A DNA stretch of 64,000 nucleotides from the human T2T-CHM13v2.0 reference genome, Homo sapiens. The notes under the pieces were generated by a model, which saw only the letters and a program-made list of their open reading frames with translations, was not told the DNA's origin and did not search any database. Position 1 is the stretch's first letter. Every line of letters starts with the position of its first letter. Both the position numbers and the translations under genes were made by a program. The stretch is taken from NCBI RefSeq assembly GCF_009914755.1, contig NC_060928.1. One strand, written 5' to 3'. Shown one piece after another: positions 1 to 12,968 of the stretch.

Positions 1-1799
1 CACTAGCACCCACCTAGTGTTGAGTGGGTTGGTACACGGCGTAGAATAAGTCCTCAAGATGGGGGCAGCTCTCCACACCCAAAGCACCTGACTTCCTTCT
101 AGCTCTGCTCCACGAGGAAGGTTGACAGGCCCTGTTGGAGGGGAGCCCAAGGCTTCCAGTTTCTGTGAGTGGCCCGAGGCCCTGCAGCTGGGAGGTGGCA
201 GTGCCGGGGGTGCTTCCTGTGCTCCCCTGTAAGGCGTGGCCATGATGTGTGGTTGGGAGGATTAGTTGGCTTCTAGGCCCTGGTACAGATCCAAGTTGCC
301 CCAAGATGTTCTTTCTCCTTGGCCTGCAAGTGAATACTGACACGGGAGGTATGGGGTGGGTGCGGTGTGGACGTGGAACCTGACACCCTGCTCTGCCTAC
401 GCACCTAGAGGTGCACGTGTCTGCTGTCCTTTGACTTAACTAACTATCAGGCAGTGCCATTTGCCCCCGCCATGCCCCCAGTGCAGGGCCTGGGATGGAA
501 GGTCTCAGTGGCTTCCTCATCTGCTGAGTCCCATGTCATGGAGCCTTCTTTGCAGATGCTGAGCAGTTGTCCAGATGAGGAGGGTCACAGGTCCCCAGGA
601 GCCGGGGCTAGTTTATCCCATGGAGGCTTCCAGAAATGACAGGAAACCAGGCGCCCTGCCTAGCACTCAGGCCTTCACTGCTGGCTGGAAGGGAGATGGG
701 TGGATGGAGGGCCGAGTCTATGTGCTGTTACCTTGCAGCCTCTGCTCTGCTCCTTCATCACCTGGGTCCACAGAACAGCCCTAGTGAGACCCACTGGAGG
801 GCAATGTGCCCCCATCAGGGGCTGGGAATTCCAGAAGGGGAGTAGGGCAGTGGGGAGTTTCCTTGCATGGGAGAGGATAGGGCAGTTTGAGCAGAGAGTG
901 GACACTGAGGTGAGGGGCAGAAACATGCCTGGGACCAGCCGAGTCCTCCCACACTGGGCCAGGAGGTGAAGAGGAAGCACCGTGCTGGACAGGAAGCCTG
1001 GTGAATGGGTTGGTTTTGGGGACTGAGGCCTAAATGGGAAAGCGAATAAACCCCATACTGCACCTCACCCCTGATTCCCCCGTGTACTGACTCACTGTTT
1101 ATCCTTGAAAACAGCAGACTACACGGCTGGGAGTCTGCGTGAGGAGCACAGTGGATCGGAGGGGGAGTCTGGAAGCTTTTGGCTGTGCTGTGCAGCTCTG
1201 GGGGCCACCCAGACCCCAGTCTCATTCTCCAGGCCCCTCCAGTCTGCTTTTGACTCGCAGATGACCCCTGGGGAGCCTCGGCCTGTTGTCCCTCCTGCTG
1301 CTGGCTGGAAGGGTAGGCTGTTTGCCACAAGTTTCCTCCCAGGGACTTGGATGGATTAGAGGGGGAAGGATTTTACCTTGTGATGAAAATGTCACTCGTA
1401 CTATGCTGGGCCCCAATTTTCAAAGCAAAACTTTGGAGCGGTAGAAGCTTGTTCCAGAGAGCAGAGGCTGTGCTGTTTACATCTTCTCAGTGTCTGCCAT
1501 GAAATCTTAAAACTTCTTAATGTTGGGGCACAGGACAGACTGAGCAGTGCTGTACTCCTAAGACCAATATTAAGCATAGAAAGTGCACATTGGGTGTGAC
1601 TTCAGGACAGCTGAAGGACCTTAACTTGTCTGTTTGTTTAGAATCCTTCATGCTGTTGTTGGAAGGGGCTGCAGGAGCTTTACAAATGGTTCCATCAGTT
1701 TACAAACGAGGTCATGGACCTCAGTGAGGGGCAGTAACTTGGGGGTCTCCTGGCTTCCTCTCCAGTGCTCTTCCAGGCTATTTTGCTGAAAATAGCTGA

Positions 1800-1920
1800 G
1801 TATGACTCCAGTAATGCTGCTGGCTAGCTGCATCACTCTAGACAAGTCCTAGGACCTCTCCATAGACAAGTCCTAGGACCTCTCCAAACCTCCGTTTCCC
1901 ATCTGTGAGATGCAATGACC
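1800..1920 (+). mobile_element. MIR SINE fragment containing a 24-bp tandem duplication
   Basis: MIR core-like 'cctctccaaacctccgtttccccatctgtgagatg'; tagacaagtcctaggacctctcca occurs twice (1839-1862, 1863-1886). Confidence 0.6.
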
Positions 1921-1924
1921 TTTA

Positions 1925-2225
1925 AAACCTTTGATCATAGTATCTCTTTTCTGCTTAAAATCTTCCAGTGATGGCTTAATGCTCTTGGGGTGGAATCCAA
2001 GCACATCAGCGAAGCTCAAAAGATCTTTGGTAACCCTTCTGCAGCAGACCCAGTCTTCCTTCCTGCCGCCCTCTCTCCCCAACTCCATGCTCCAGTTTCT
2101 GGAGTTCCTCTGTGTCCCCTGTCCTCTCTTTTCTCTGAGTTTTCCCTCCGGTGGGTACCTGCCCTTAGAACACTTTCTTCCTCATCTGCCATCTTGTCTC
2201 TGGCCAACTTCTTCTCTTCCTTCAT
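1925..2225 (+). mobile_element. L2 LINE fragment (5' part, interrupted by an L1)
   Basis: L2-like 'ctgcttaaaatcttccagtgatggctt...aatccaagc' and 'cccttagaacactttcttcc'. Confidence 0.55.
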
Positions 2226-3045
2226 GCTCAGTCTAGCCAAAAGGTCTACCATTTCTGTTGATTTTCTCAAAGAACCAACTCTTGGTTCCATTTATTTTTC
2301 TGTGTAGTTTTTCTGCCATCTGTTTCATTTATTTCTGCTCTGATCTTTGTTATTTCCTTTCTTCTACTTACTCCAGGCTTATTTTTCTTTTTCTAGCTTC
2401 TTGAGGTGGAGCTTAGATAATTGATGTTAGGGTTTTCTCCCTTTTTAATACCAGCGTTTAAAGCTATAAATTTCCCCCTTTGCACTGCTTTAGCTGCATT
2501 ATGATATGTTGTGCTTCAGTTTTATTCAGTTTATTTTCTAATTTCCTTAGTGATTTCTTCTTTGAGCCATGGATTATTTGGAAATCTTTTGTTTATTTTT
2601 CAAATATTTGAGATTTTCCCAAATTTCTTTCTAATATTGATTTCCAATTTGGCTCCATTATGATCAGAGAACATACTTAGAATGATTCCAACCCTTTAAT
2701 ATTTACCGAGACTTGTTTTACAGCCTAGCATGTGATCTATCCAGGAGAATGTTTTATGTGCACTTGAAAATAATCTGTACTCAACTGTTATTGGGTGGAG
2801 TATTTTATAAATGTCAACTAGGTTAAGTCAGTTGATAATGTTGCTCAAGTCAAGAGCTACTGATCTTCCACCTACTTGCACTAATAATTATTGAGAGTAG
2901 GACACTGAAGTCTTCAACTGCAGATGTAGAATTGTCTTTTCCTTCTTTCAATTCTGTCAGTTTTGCTTCATGTACTTTAGGGCTATGTTGTTAGGTGCAT
3001 ATATATTTGTACTTGTTATATCTTCCTGAAGGATTGATCTTCCTT
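2226..3045 (-). mobile_element. Old L1M fragment, antisense, ORF2 N-terminal/endonuclease region
   Basis: T-rich antisense L1 text 'tcaaagaaccaactcttggttc', 'gctataaatttccccc', 'tgatcagagaacatactt'; parallels the L1 at 62280-63050. Confidence 0.85.
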
Positions 3046-3049
3046 CTCT

Positions 3050-3292
3050 TTCTTCAGCCACACTTAAACCAATCTTCCCAGATGTCAGACAATGCTAGTT
3101 TCTTCTACCATGAGTTCCCAGGGTGTCTTAATGTCCATCATAACATTCATCAAACTGTACTATAATTGCTTGAAAATTTCATGAGATCAGGGAGCATGTC
3201 AAGCCTATTTAGCTCTTTATGGTCAGCACTTAACACAAAGACTATACATACATAGTAGTAGGTGCTCTGTAAATATTTGCTGATTGAATGAA
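3050..3292 (+). mobile_element. L2 3' end
   Basis: Ends with the L2 terminus 'tagtaggtgctctgtaaatatttgctgattgaatgaa'. Confidence 0.7.
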
Positions 3293-3679
3293 GAATAAGG
3301 TCATATCTATGAATTATATTAATAATGATTATTTAAAAAATTTAGTGCTTGAGGATGGCTATGACCCAGCCCACTTAGGTATCATATCAGGATTTCTGAA
3401 CATAATTGAGTTGGGACAATGCCTTTGCCCAAGGGAAGCTGTCAGGCAGCTCCTTCAAGCCTTTGTGTTTGGGACCACACGGGGTCACCTGTCTCAGGTG
3501 GGGCACCTGTGCCAGTCCTACTTTCTCTTTGGATTGGATCTGGCATTGGCTCATATGTTGTTATTGTCCACCTGTTTCTCTGCAAGCATTCTCCTTGGCA
3601 ACCCTGAATCCATTTACGATAGAATTCCCATGGGCCACGCCTCGTGCCGGATGTCAAGGACATATCAGTGAATAAGAAT

Positions 3680-3890
3680 AAAAAGCACCTATTGTGTGCC
3701 AGGCATTCTGCTGGGCCCTCTATATGCCTGTTTCAGCCTCGTGATGACCCAGTGAGGCATAGGGACTCCCATAGCTCCTTGCAGACAAAGAACTTGAGTG
3801 AGGCCCAGGGAGGTTAAGCAGTTTGTTCAAGATCACACAGCACTTACGTGGTAGAGCTGAAAAACTCACCTGAGTGGTTCCAAATCCCAC
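3680..3890 (-). mobile_element. MIR SINE
   Basis: 'gcacctattgtgtgccaggc...gaggcccagggaggttaagcagtttgttcaagatcacacagc'. Confidence 0.7.
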
Positions 3891-4755
3891 GCCTATCTCC
3901 ACTCCTCCCTTCTCCCCAGAGAGGTGAGGCATGCCATTCTGATCCTGTGGATTTGTGTGGACACTTTCCTCTGATATTAAACCACCATGTGTTTAAACCA
4001 CAGTATCTCAAAGGAAAGGGGAAATTTTCTGTAGTTAGTACATTTTAAGGCAAATTAACCTTGATAACATCTTTAATGTCATGTATTAGACTATTTTCCC
4101 TTAGTAATGCATTACAACTGTCAGGCCCGATATGATCGCACAATTAATGAGATTACACATGATGTAAATTTCAATTCATTATTACAATGTCTGCACTAAT
4201 AGACTTGCGATTAATACCCACAAACCATGCTAGTTCAAAAGGACAACTTTTCGTGAATCACATGAAATGAACAGGCACAGGCAACCACAATTTTGATGAA
4301 CGGAAGTGAGAATGATTTCTGAGGATGATCTTGTCTAATGATTTACTAAGATTAGCAATAAAGATAGAGTTAATTAAGAGAGTCCCTCGTGTCAGGCCAA
4401 GGAGCCGGAGGAGCCGATGTGAGACAGGTCATCTTGTGAATTTCTCCCTGGGTCAGCCTTTTGGAATTCCTGGGGAAATTACTCACCATTAACTCTACGT
4501 CCTTCAGGCACTTCATTCTTCCAGCTTTCTCACAAGGATTATGAAATTAGAGTTCATTCAGAGAAAGCATATTGTGCGAGGAAACTGTTCTGTGAACTTG
4601 AAGAATAATAAAAACAACTCTGATTTCTTGAGGGCTTATGCTGTGTCGGACACCGCTCTTAGAGGCTCTTTCTTGTGGCATGCATTTGTTCACCTGCTTC
4701 CCCACAATGGCCCCACTACTGTCATCAGCCTCCACTTTATAGATGATGAAACTGA

Positions 4756-5125
<370 letters not shown>

Positions 5126-6779
5126 GAATCTTGTGTTTTTAATGGCTGTGTTTTCTACTGTTTTGCTGTCGGAAAGCGACCCATCATGTGAGCGGCCTCA
5201 CTTTGTTGGAAACACATTTGGAGCATGATAGCAGCATTCTCCTTCGTTATAGACAGAAAAGACAGAGACACCCCTTCCCCCCTCTGGCTTCCATACACTT
5301 ATTTGACATTGATTGATGGCTACCAAGGGGGAATTCAACTTAATTGCACACCTACCTCTTATGCCAGTCACTGAGCTTGGTGCTTGCAGTATGTTAGCAT
5401 ACTTCATCATTGCGCAAGGTTTGGAGTGGGCGCTGTGTCTACGAGGAAGCTGGGGACCAGGGGCAGCATGGCTGGTGCTGGAACTCCAGTCTGTCTCATT
5501 GCAACACTCATGCCCTGTCCACCCCTGCCGTAGGGAGCAGAAGGCCCCTCTGCCCCAGTGATGATTCTGGACGGCTGCAGGTCAGTCCTGCAGGTGTCTC
5601 AGCATTCTCATTGTAAATATCTTGCTGAGTCAAGGTGTGGGGTCTTCTGCGGGCTGCCACTGGCCCCGTGCCGCTGGAGCACAGGGCCAGTGGGGTGGGT
5701 GTGGGCTGGGTGTCCTGCGCCAGGCTGCCTAGACTTTATCCCCAGGCCCTGGAGAGGCCCAGGAGGTCACCGGGTCATGGGGCAGGGGGCTGGGTGAGGT
5801 GGGGGCTGGGTGATGTGGTAGAAAGAGCAGTCAAGCAGGGTCAGGAGATGGGCTCCCCTGCCTACCGTGCTCTGGCATGTCCTTCGCCACCCAGTGAGGG
5901 CTTGGACAAAGTGAGCAGACCTCAAGCCAGATGGACGTGAGGCTCACCCAGTGGGTGGCTTTTGGGCCACACCAGTGCCCAGGTGCTGCGGAGGTCCAGG
6001 CCTGGCCTTTTGTTGGCATTCCTCACTGGGTTTCAGTGCATGGGCCGGAGAACTGTTGGACTGGACGCTCTGTTGTTTCTTTACAGCTCAGCTGTGAACT
6101 TCACTCTAACTGGACATAACGCCCCTAGAGCTGCATCTCCAAACAAGGGATGAAACAACTCTCCCAAGTGTTTGGTGTTCCGAGCAGACGCTGATCTGCT
6201 GTTCTCCTGTTTTTCCCACCACTGGACAATTTCAGTCCCCAGGAATCAGTTAGGATTCTGTTTTACCCCTGGCCCCAGTTGTCACCAAGAAATATCTGGG
6301 ACATTCAAAAAAATAGCCATGAACGAAAAGTAGTGTCCAATGCTAGCCAAAGTCTGGCGAAAAGGGTATTTTCATGCATTTTTCTGCCAGTGTTGTAAAT
6401 GGACACGACTCTTGTTTTAAAAAGCACAACCCACCCCATGGCTGCGGAACCCACTCTGTGCGAATTTCCCTGAAGGGAATCTGTCCTTCCAAACCAGGAA
6501 AGCACTCCCCACATGCAGGTGTTTGCAGCAATGTTATTTACAGCATCCACAATTAGGGGACAGTGTCAGCGTTCCAGAGTGGGGCTACAGTTCAGTTCAG
6601 TCAGGCCACCTCCCGTTATGAACCATGTTAAATCATCAGATATAATTTTGAAGACCAGTGTGGAACAGAACTTAGCAATACATAGACAGCTGGATCTAGG
6701 GAGGGCCTCGGGTGCCCTGCTTAGGAATTTTGACCTTTGATGTCCAAAATCCTGCTAGATGGGACACTCCCAAAGGGCA

Positions 6780-7157
6780 GCGTGGCTGGGCCTGCAGCTC
6801 CTGGCACCTAGCATGCTGATGGGGTGTGCTGGCTGCTGGGGGGACCCAGTGGATTGGCAGGCATGACCCTGAAGGCCAGGACTCCCGGCAGGCGGCAGGT
6901 CCAGGCAGTCAAGGTGGGAGATGTGCACCTGGGCAGTGACCAGGCCCGTGGGAGGCCTGAGATTTTCACCGATGCCACTTGGCAGTCCTTCTCTTGGGCT
7001 TTATTAATTAACATGCTGTTGGTCACACTGCTTTTTTCATTGCCTAGGAGTTCACTGCTATTGATTGCTGATGCCAGCTCCAGCCTCCTTGGAGAGTCTG
7101 GCTCACTTTGGAGCACACCAGGGCGGGTCCCCTTCATCTGTGTCCACTCTTCGTGGC
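6780..7157 (+). repeat. Copy A of a ~380-bp inverted duplication (partner 24134-24518)
   Basis: By-eye alignment to the reverse complement of 24134-24518 gives about 22 substitutions plus one short complex indel. Confidence 0.95.
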
Positions 7158-7944
7158 TGCTTGGGACAGGGGCCCACCCAACTTCATCTTCTCTTCCCTG
7201 TGCTACTGTCTAGGGTTAGGGCAAGGGAAGGAATGCGCTCCCTGGGGCACACGTGGTCGGGGTGGGGCTGTCGAAAGCTGGTGTTTACAAACCAGGCTGC
7301 CCATATTGTCCCACTGTGCTCACGGATACCATGCTTGCTCCGCTCCACGGACCAGGCTGCAAGGGTGACCAACACACGCTACACGCCCCCCCACTTAGCC
7401 CCTCAGCCCCTTGCCCATTGGCTGGTGGAAGCCCCTGGCCCTCTGCTGCCTGAGTCACTGTCACCGCAGTGTAATTGTGAGCGCAGGGACTTCACATCTG
7501 CTGTTTACTGGCACATATTCATAAAGCGGCAGAACAGAGACCTGCTCACAACGGAACCTTGTCACAGCGGGTGTTATAGCTCCCTTTGTGTTCATCATGA
7601 CCCCTGCCACAGCCTTTCTCCCTCCTCTCCCCATCCCCGTGGCTGGCACTTGCCTGTTCTCTGCTCTCCTTCCAGCTCTGCTCTGTCTGCCTGACAGGGT
7701 CTTCTCCACACTGTCTTCTTCTGTCTGTTCTCATCACATCCTTCTCTCCTTTCTTTCTGTCCTTGGCTTATCTCTGTCCATCTGTCTCTTGTTAAATGGC
7801 TTCTGGACAACAGTTCTCTGGGTCAGGCCCTTGCTGACTGAGTGAGCTTTTATAGGGACACCGAAGAGGGGACAGTTCATGCTCCTCTGAAAAATCAGAG
7901 GCCCTTGTCCCTCCTCCTATCCCTTCCTCTCCCTTCCTCTCCCT

Positions 7945-8325
7945 CTCTTCCATCCGTCCATCCATCCATCCATCCATCCATCCTTCTACCCATCCATCTT
8001 CCCATCTATTCCTCTCTCTCTCCCCAATCCATGCACTCATCCACCCACCCATTTATCATCCATCCATCTATCCATCACCCATCCATTCATCCATCATCTA
8101 CCCATTCACCCATCTACCCCACCCATCAATCCATTCATCCCCCATCCATTCACCCACTTGTCCACCCAACTGTCTACTGTCCATCTACCTACTCAGCCAC
8201 TCATCTATCCATTCAATCACCCATCTATTTGCCTACTCCCTCGCCTGTCCATCTATCATCCATCCACCACTTACCCATCCACCCCTTAATCCATTAATCC
8301 ATTTATCTACCCGTCCACCCACCCA
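7945..8325 (+). repeat. Degenerate (TCCA)n simple repeat adjoining an antisense L2 3' end
   Basis: ccatccatcc... tract followed by L2-like 'gtgctgggatgcagtgatggacaag'. Confidence 0.9.
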
Positions 8326-11300
8326 ATACTTGCTCTGTATATGTGCTGGGATGCAGTGATGGACAAGTCAGGTGGGGTTAGTTGCTTCTTCTGGGCTCAC
8401 AGAAGCCTCTGTGTATCCATCTTTCAGAATTTTCATCCCTCTAAATTGTGAAGTGTTCTCTGCAGCTCTGCCTCCCTCATGGGATTGTGAAAGCTTCCAG
8501 AGCTTGGGCTGTGTCTTCTTTATCTCTCAGTGCTAAGAACTGAGGTGCCTGGCGTATTGTAGGTTTCCAACACATTCAAGTTTGAATGAATGAGTGAATG
8601 AGGCAATGACCTAGTCCAGTCATTCAGTTTTACAATGAGGACATGAGCTCAGAGGTGTGTGGGCCAGTGCTACACGGTGGCTTTGGGCAGTGCTGGGACT
8701 CACCCCAATCTCCTGGATGCCATTTTGGAGCTTACCCCTGCATCTTGCTGTCTCTCAAATTGTGAGCTGGGGTTGGGTGTGTGTTGCAGGAGGTCTTTCT
8801 TGGGCTTAGTCCTGTTAGAGAAAGCCAGTGGGCTGAGCTCTTAGCAGATGTCTAGTGGGCTCTCGAGCTGGGAGTGGAAGGCAGCGTTGGGCACATCTGC
8901 TTGGGCTCCAGGCTCTGCGTCACATGCTCACTTAGTGAGCTCACTTGGCAGTGCATCCTCAGAGGACACCTCACAGCCTCACACCTGCTGCAGCTGGAAC
9001 GGCAGGAAGGTGGGGAGTCTTTGAAGCTGTCAACAGGGAGGGAGAGGCTGCATGTCTTTATGGGCCAGGGACTGTGTGTTTCAGAAAGAAAACTTTGGTG
9101 AAGTCACGGCCTTTGTCATCCTGGGGTGCGTATAACTCTGACCCCCATGTAGGTGGCTGAATCTTATAACCACGGTTCCTTGGAACCTCCTAACACCCTG
9201 CACAAGGGCAGGGAGAAATCATGATGTACTCTCCTTTCCAGATTAGGAAACAGGCTCAGAGAGATGAGGGTTCTTGTTCAACCTGAGGTTGTGTCTGAGG
9301 CCCTGTCTCCCTGGTTCTAGAGGTCATCACCCAGCTCTGTGACACAGGGACTGTGCCTGGCAATGGTTCTCACTGGGAGGGGGTAGAGGAGGATGGAGTC
9401 AGCCACCAGAGGTGGGGACCAAAATCTAGGGGCCCAGAGAGTGAACTGCCAGCGAGGGCAGGGCCATCCCTGCAGAGGTGGTGTTGGAGGTGCCAGTAAG
9501 CACTGGCTAAGGCAAAAAAGTGGGGGTGTCTCATGGCAGGTCCCCAGGATGCTGGGACCCAAGTGGGCTGGCAGGGATTCTCCCAGGGCCCAGAGGGAAG
9601 TCCACTTCCAGCCTTGGTGCCAAGTGGGACCTGTAGTCAGCTACTAGGAGCTCCTGGTTCCACACTGAACCTAGGATTAGAAGGAGACAGGCACCCAGAG
9701 GTGGGAGGTTCAGCCTGATATGCGGGTTCCTGTGTGAAGGGTCTGCAGGGCCTGGTGGTGGGGCTCTGTGATGACAGTCCATGGCCCAGCATGAGGCCTG
9801 GCACTTAGTAGATGCTCAGTAAATCACTGTGGACTCTGGAGCAGAAGATGGGTGTGAGTGTGTACCTCCAATCTGTTCCCTGGGCCTCCTGCCCTGAGCG
9901 TGCTCTCTTTGCTCCGGTGGCACAGGTGAAACGATGGCCCCCGATGGCTTTGGGAAGGCAGCCCTGACTGCTTTATGGCTTTTCTGGGTCGTGTTTGTCA
10001 GGGAGCCCAGGGGCTGGCTGGCTAGGGGTGGGGTTGCTGGAACTAGACAGGGGTTTGAGCAGTTTAAGTCCGACCCTTATGATATTTTAGCAGGACTTTC
10101 AGTAATGAATTTTTCATTAGCAGGGAAGCTCAGCACCGGTGAAGGTCTCCTTGGGAAAGCATAATGGTTTCATCAGATAAATATTTAAAACTCAAGGATG
10201 CCAATCACAGCTTCCCGGCAAGAAGCCCTTCCCTGTTCCCTACTGGCAGCCCAAGAAGTAAGTGTGCACCCCATTACCTGCACCACCTTTACCCGCACCA
10301 CTTCTCTCTCTCTGAAATATAAGAACAGTTCTCGGCACTGGCTTTGTGCCATGTTGCGAGCATGAGTTGAGATCTCTTTCTTCTGTTTTGTTCTCTGCAC
10401 GGACCCCACCCTGTGGCATTGTAATGACCTTGGAAAGAGTCCCTGGTTTCTGCTTAGCCTGTCCTGGTCCAGCATCTCTCGGGGAAAGGCCAGGGCAGTA
10501 GAGAGGGTCAGTAGGAGGACAGGACACACTCACCTCAATGTGAGCCCTGACCTTGGACGTATCCCCCCATGGTAAGGCAAGAGGACCTACCCAGCGCTGC
10601 CTTCCGGCTCCCAGGTCCAGAGCCTGCCAGGTACCCGCTGGGGGCTCAGCCCCCTGGCTTTCTCCCCCAAGAAAGACCCCCCACCACCAAATACAGCCAG
10701 CCCCAGCTCCCAGTGAAAGAGAGACAACAAGGTGCAGGGGTAAGCATCAGCGTAGGATTCAGGAGATTGGGGCGAGTCCCAGCCCTACTCAGAGGCTACC
10801 GTGCAGCCCCGGCTAAGGCCCACACGTCTCTGAGCTCGTGTCCTCTTTTGGGGTTTCTCTTCATGTCACCTCTGCAAAAGCACCAGAGGCCATCTGGGAG
10901 CTTCTGCACACCAAATCGGGGAAGGGCACTAATTAAGTAAGAGAGCTCTGCTAGCGTGGGGTGGAAAAGTGAGAGAGAGAAAGAGAGAGAGAGGAGGGCA
11001 GCACAGGGAGCATCTCTGAAACTGGGGGCCTGGTCCCCACAGCACGAGGAGCCCTGGGGCTCTGCACTGAAAATCCGAACCCCAGAGTAAGTGAAACCCA
11101 GACTTGACATAATTTCTTGGCCACCCCATGGGTGGACTCTTTTACATGATAAGGAAGGTTTATCCATGGTGATATTTAGCACTTCTTATATTTCATAGAA
11201 TATTAGGTGGCTTTTATCAATATTTTATTTATACCAATCTCATCTTTTGTTTCCAAACAGTATCAAGTGATAGAAAAGCACATACATACACAGAAAAAAA

Positions 11301-11649
11301 AACACCCCACATTTTACTGACAACACCCAATCTGTTCTGTATGTTGGTCCAGCTAATGATGTGTTGTTCATTTGTTTGCATAATTCTGGATTTGTGGAAG
11401 GAACCCTGGGCTCGCTGGGAGGAAACTGGGCCTGAATCACCACTCTGTCCTCACGAGCTGGAGCCCAGGCACCAGCACCAGAGAGAGGGTCCCCTTCACT
11501 CTCCCTTCTCCTTCTCTGTCTGATTTTAGCCTAACCCCTCTGTGCCCTTCCGGGTTTATGGCATCCCACCCCGCCCCACCATCGCACAGATCTCTCTGGC
11601 TTGAGACAATCTTAGAACCTCTTTGGACAAATACTTCTGATACACAACC

Positions 11650-11960
11650 TATATTTGTCAGAAGAGGCTAACTGCTACAACAAAAATCCCCCCAAAGTTA
11701 ATGGCTTATGCTATAAATATTTATTTTTTTTGTTAACGCGGTCAGTCAGAGTGGAGGGTCCAGGTGGGTGGATCTCCTGCAGGTGGTGACGCAGGGCCCC
11801 AGGTGCCTTCACCGTGTGGCTCTGCCGTCCCCAGGGGCCTCAGAGTCCTTCACTTCTCCTGTGTGGGTCCGAGGGAGAGAGCACGGAGGGCTGAGGAGGT
11901 TTGCAACAAGGAAGTGAAAGATTGAGTTGATGGCAGCTTTGGAGCCTAGGGTCTGGGCCC
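11650..11960 (-). mobile_element. Old MLT1-type MaLR LTR fragment
   Basis: 'ctaactgctacaacaaaaatccccc...aatggctta', 'ccttcaccgtgtggctctgccgtcccc'; boundaries approximate. Confidence 0.5.
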
Positions 11961-12555
11961 CCAGAGCGCATGAAACCTTGGGTAAATGAGGAAAATATGA
12001 ACTTGACTTCAGCGGCGCTGGGAAACGCCCTCTCGCTGTGAGCCCGAGGAACAGGAAGTGCCTCTGTGGAACGCACAGGATTTCTTTGCTTCCAAATGTG
12101 CTGTGCTGCTTTTCTGAGTGAGATCCAGGAATCAAGGGCCATGGGGCTTCCTGGGTGATGGCAGGCCCACTGGCAGGAGGCAAAGCTTCCTTGGCTGGGA
12201 TCCTGCAATGCTCCACCTGCCCTCTGCCCTCCCTTCCTTCCACTCTTCCCTGGGTTTCTCGGCTGCAGCCACTCTGGCCCTCTTTCTGTCCTTTGAGATG
12301 TCCACGCTTGTTGCTGCCCCAGGGCCTTTGCACCAGCTGTTTGGAGCATTGTTCCCCATCTTCACATGGCTGGCTCCTCCCTGCAGGTCTCAATGATCAT
12401 CTGTCAGAGAGGCTCTTTCTCCTGCCCCCTGGCCCTCAGGGCCACTCACCCAGGACAGGTCCCCCTTCTTAGCTGTATTTGTCCCTGTGGCTTCTCACCA
12501 CCAGATACAGTATGCATTTTGCTGCCTTATTCGGTTTGTTTTCTGTCTTGGCCCC

Positions 12556-12968
12556 TGCGTTAGTTTGCCTGGGCTGCTGTAACAGAATATCACAGACTGA
12601 GGGCTTCAACAACAGACATATGTTTGGGGGCTGGGAAGTCCAAGGTCAAGGCTCTGGCTGAGTTTCTGGTTTCTGGTGAGGGCTCTTTTCCTGGCTTGCC
12701 GATGGCTATCTTCCCACCATATCCTCACATGGCGTTGGCTCAGTGTGTGAGCATGGAGAGAGATGGAGAGAGATGGAGAGAGAGAGAGAGAGATCAATCT
12801 CTTCCTCCACTTATGAGGGCACAGATCCACTGTGAGGCCCCCACCCTCGTGACTACTTCTGCACCCACTCACCCCACAAAGCCCTCACCTCCAAATACCG
12901 TTACACTGGGAATTAGGATTTCAACATGTGGATTTGGGTCGGGGGATGCAGACATCCAGTCTGCAGCA
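12556..12968 (-). mobile_element. MLT1 (MLT1A/B-like) solo LTR
   Basis: TG...CA termini; 'ggctgggaagtccaaggtcaagg', 'ttaggatttcaacatgtggatt'; 5-bp TSD gcccc at 12551-12555 and 12969-12973. Confidence 0.85.

Noticed and set aside
9402-9416. CTCF-like 'ccaccagaggtgg'
   Set aside because: Mismatches in the conserved GGC end; not supportable without data.
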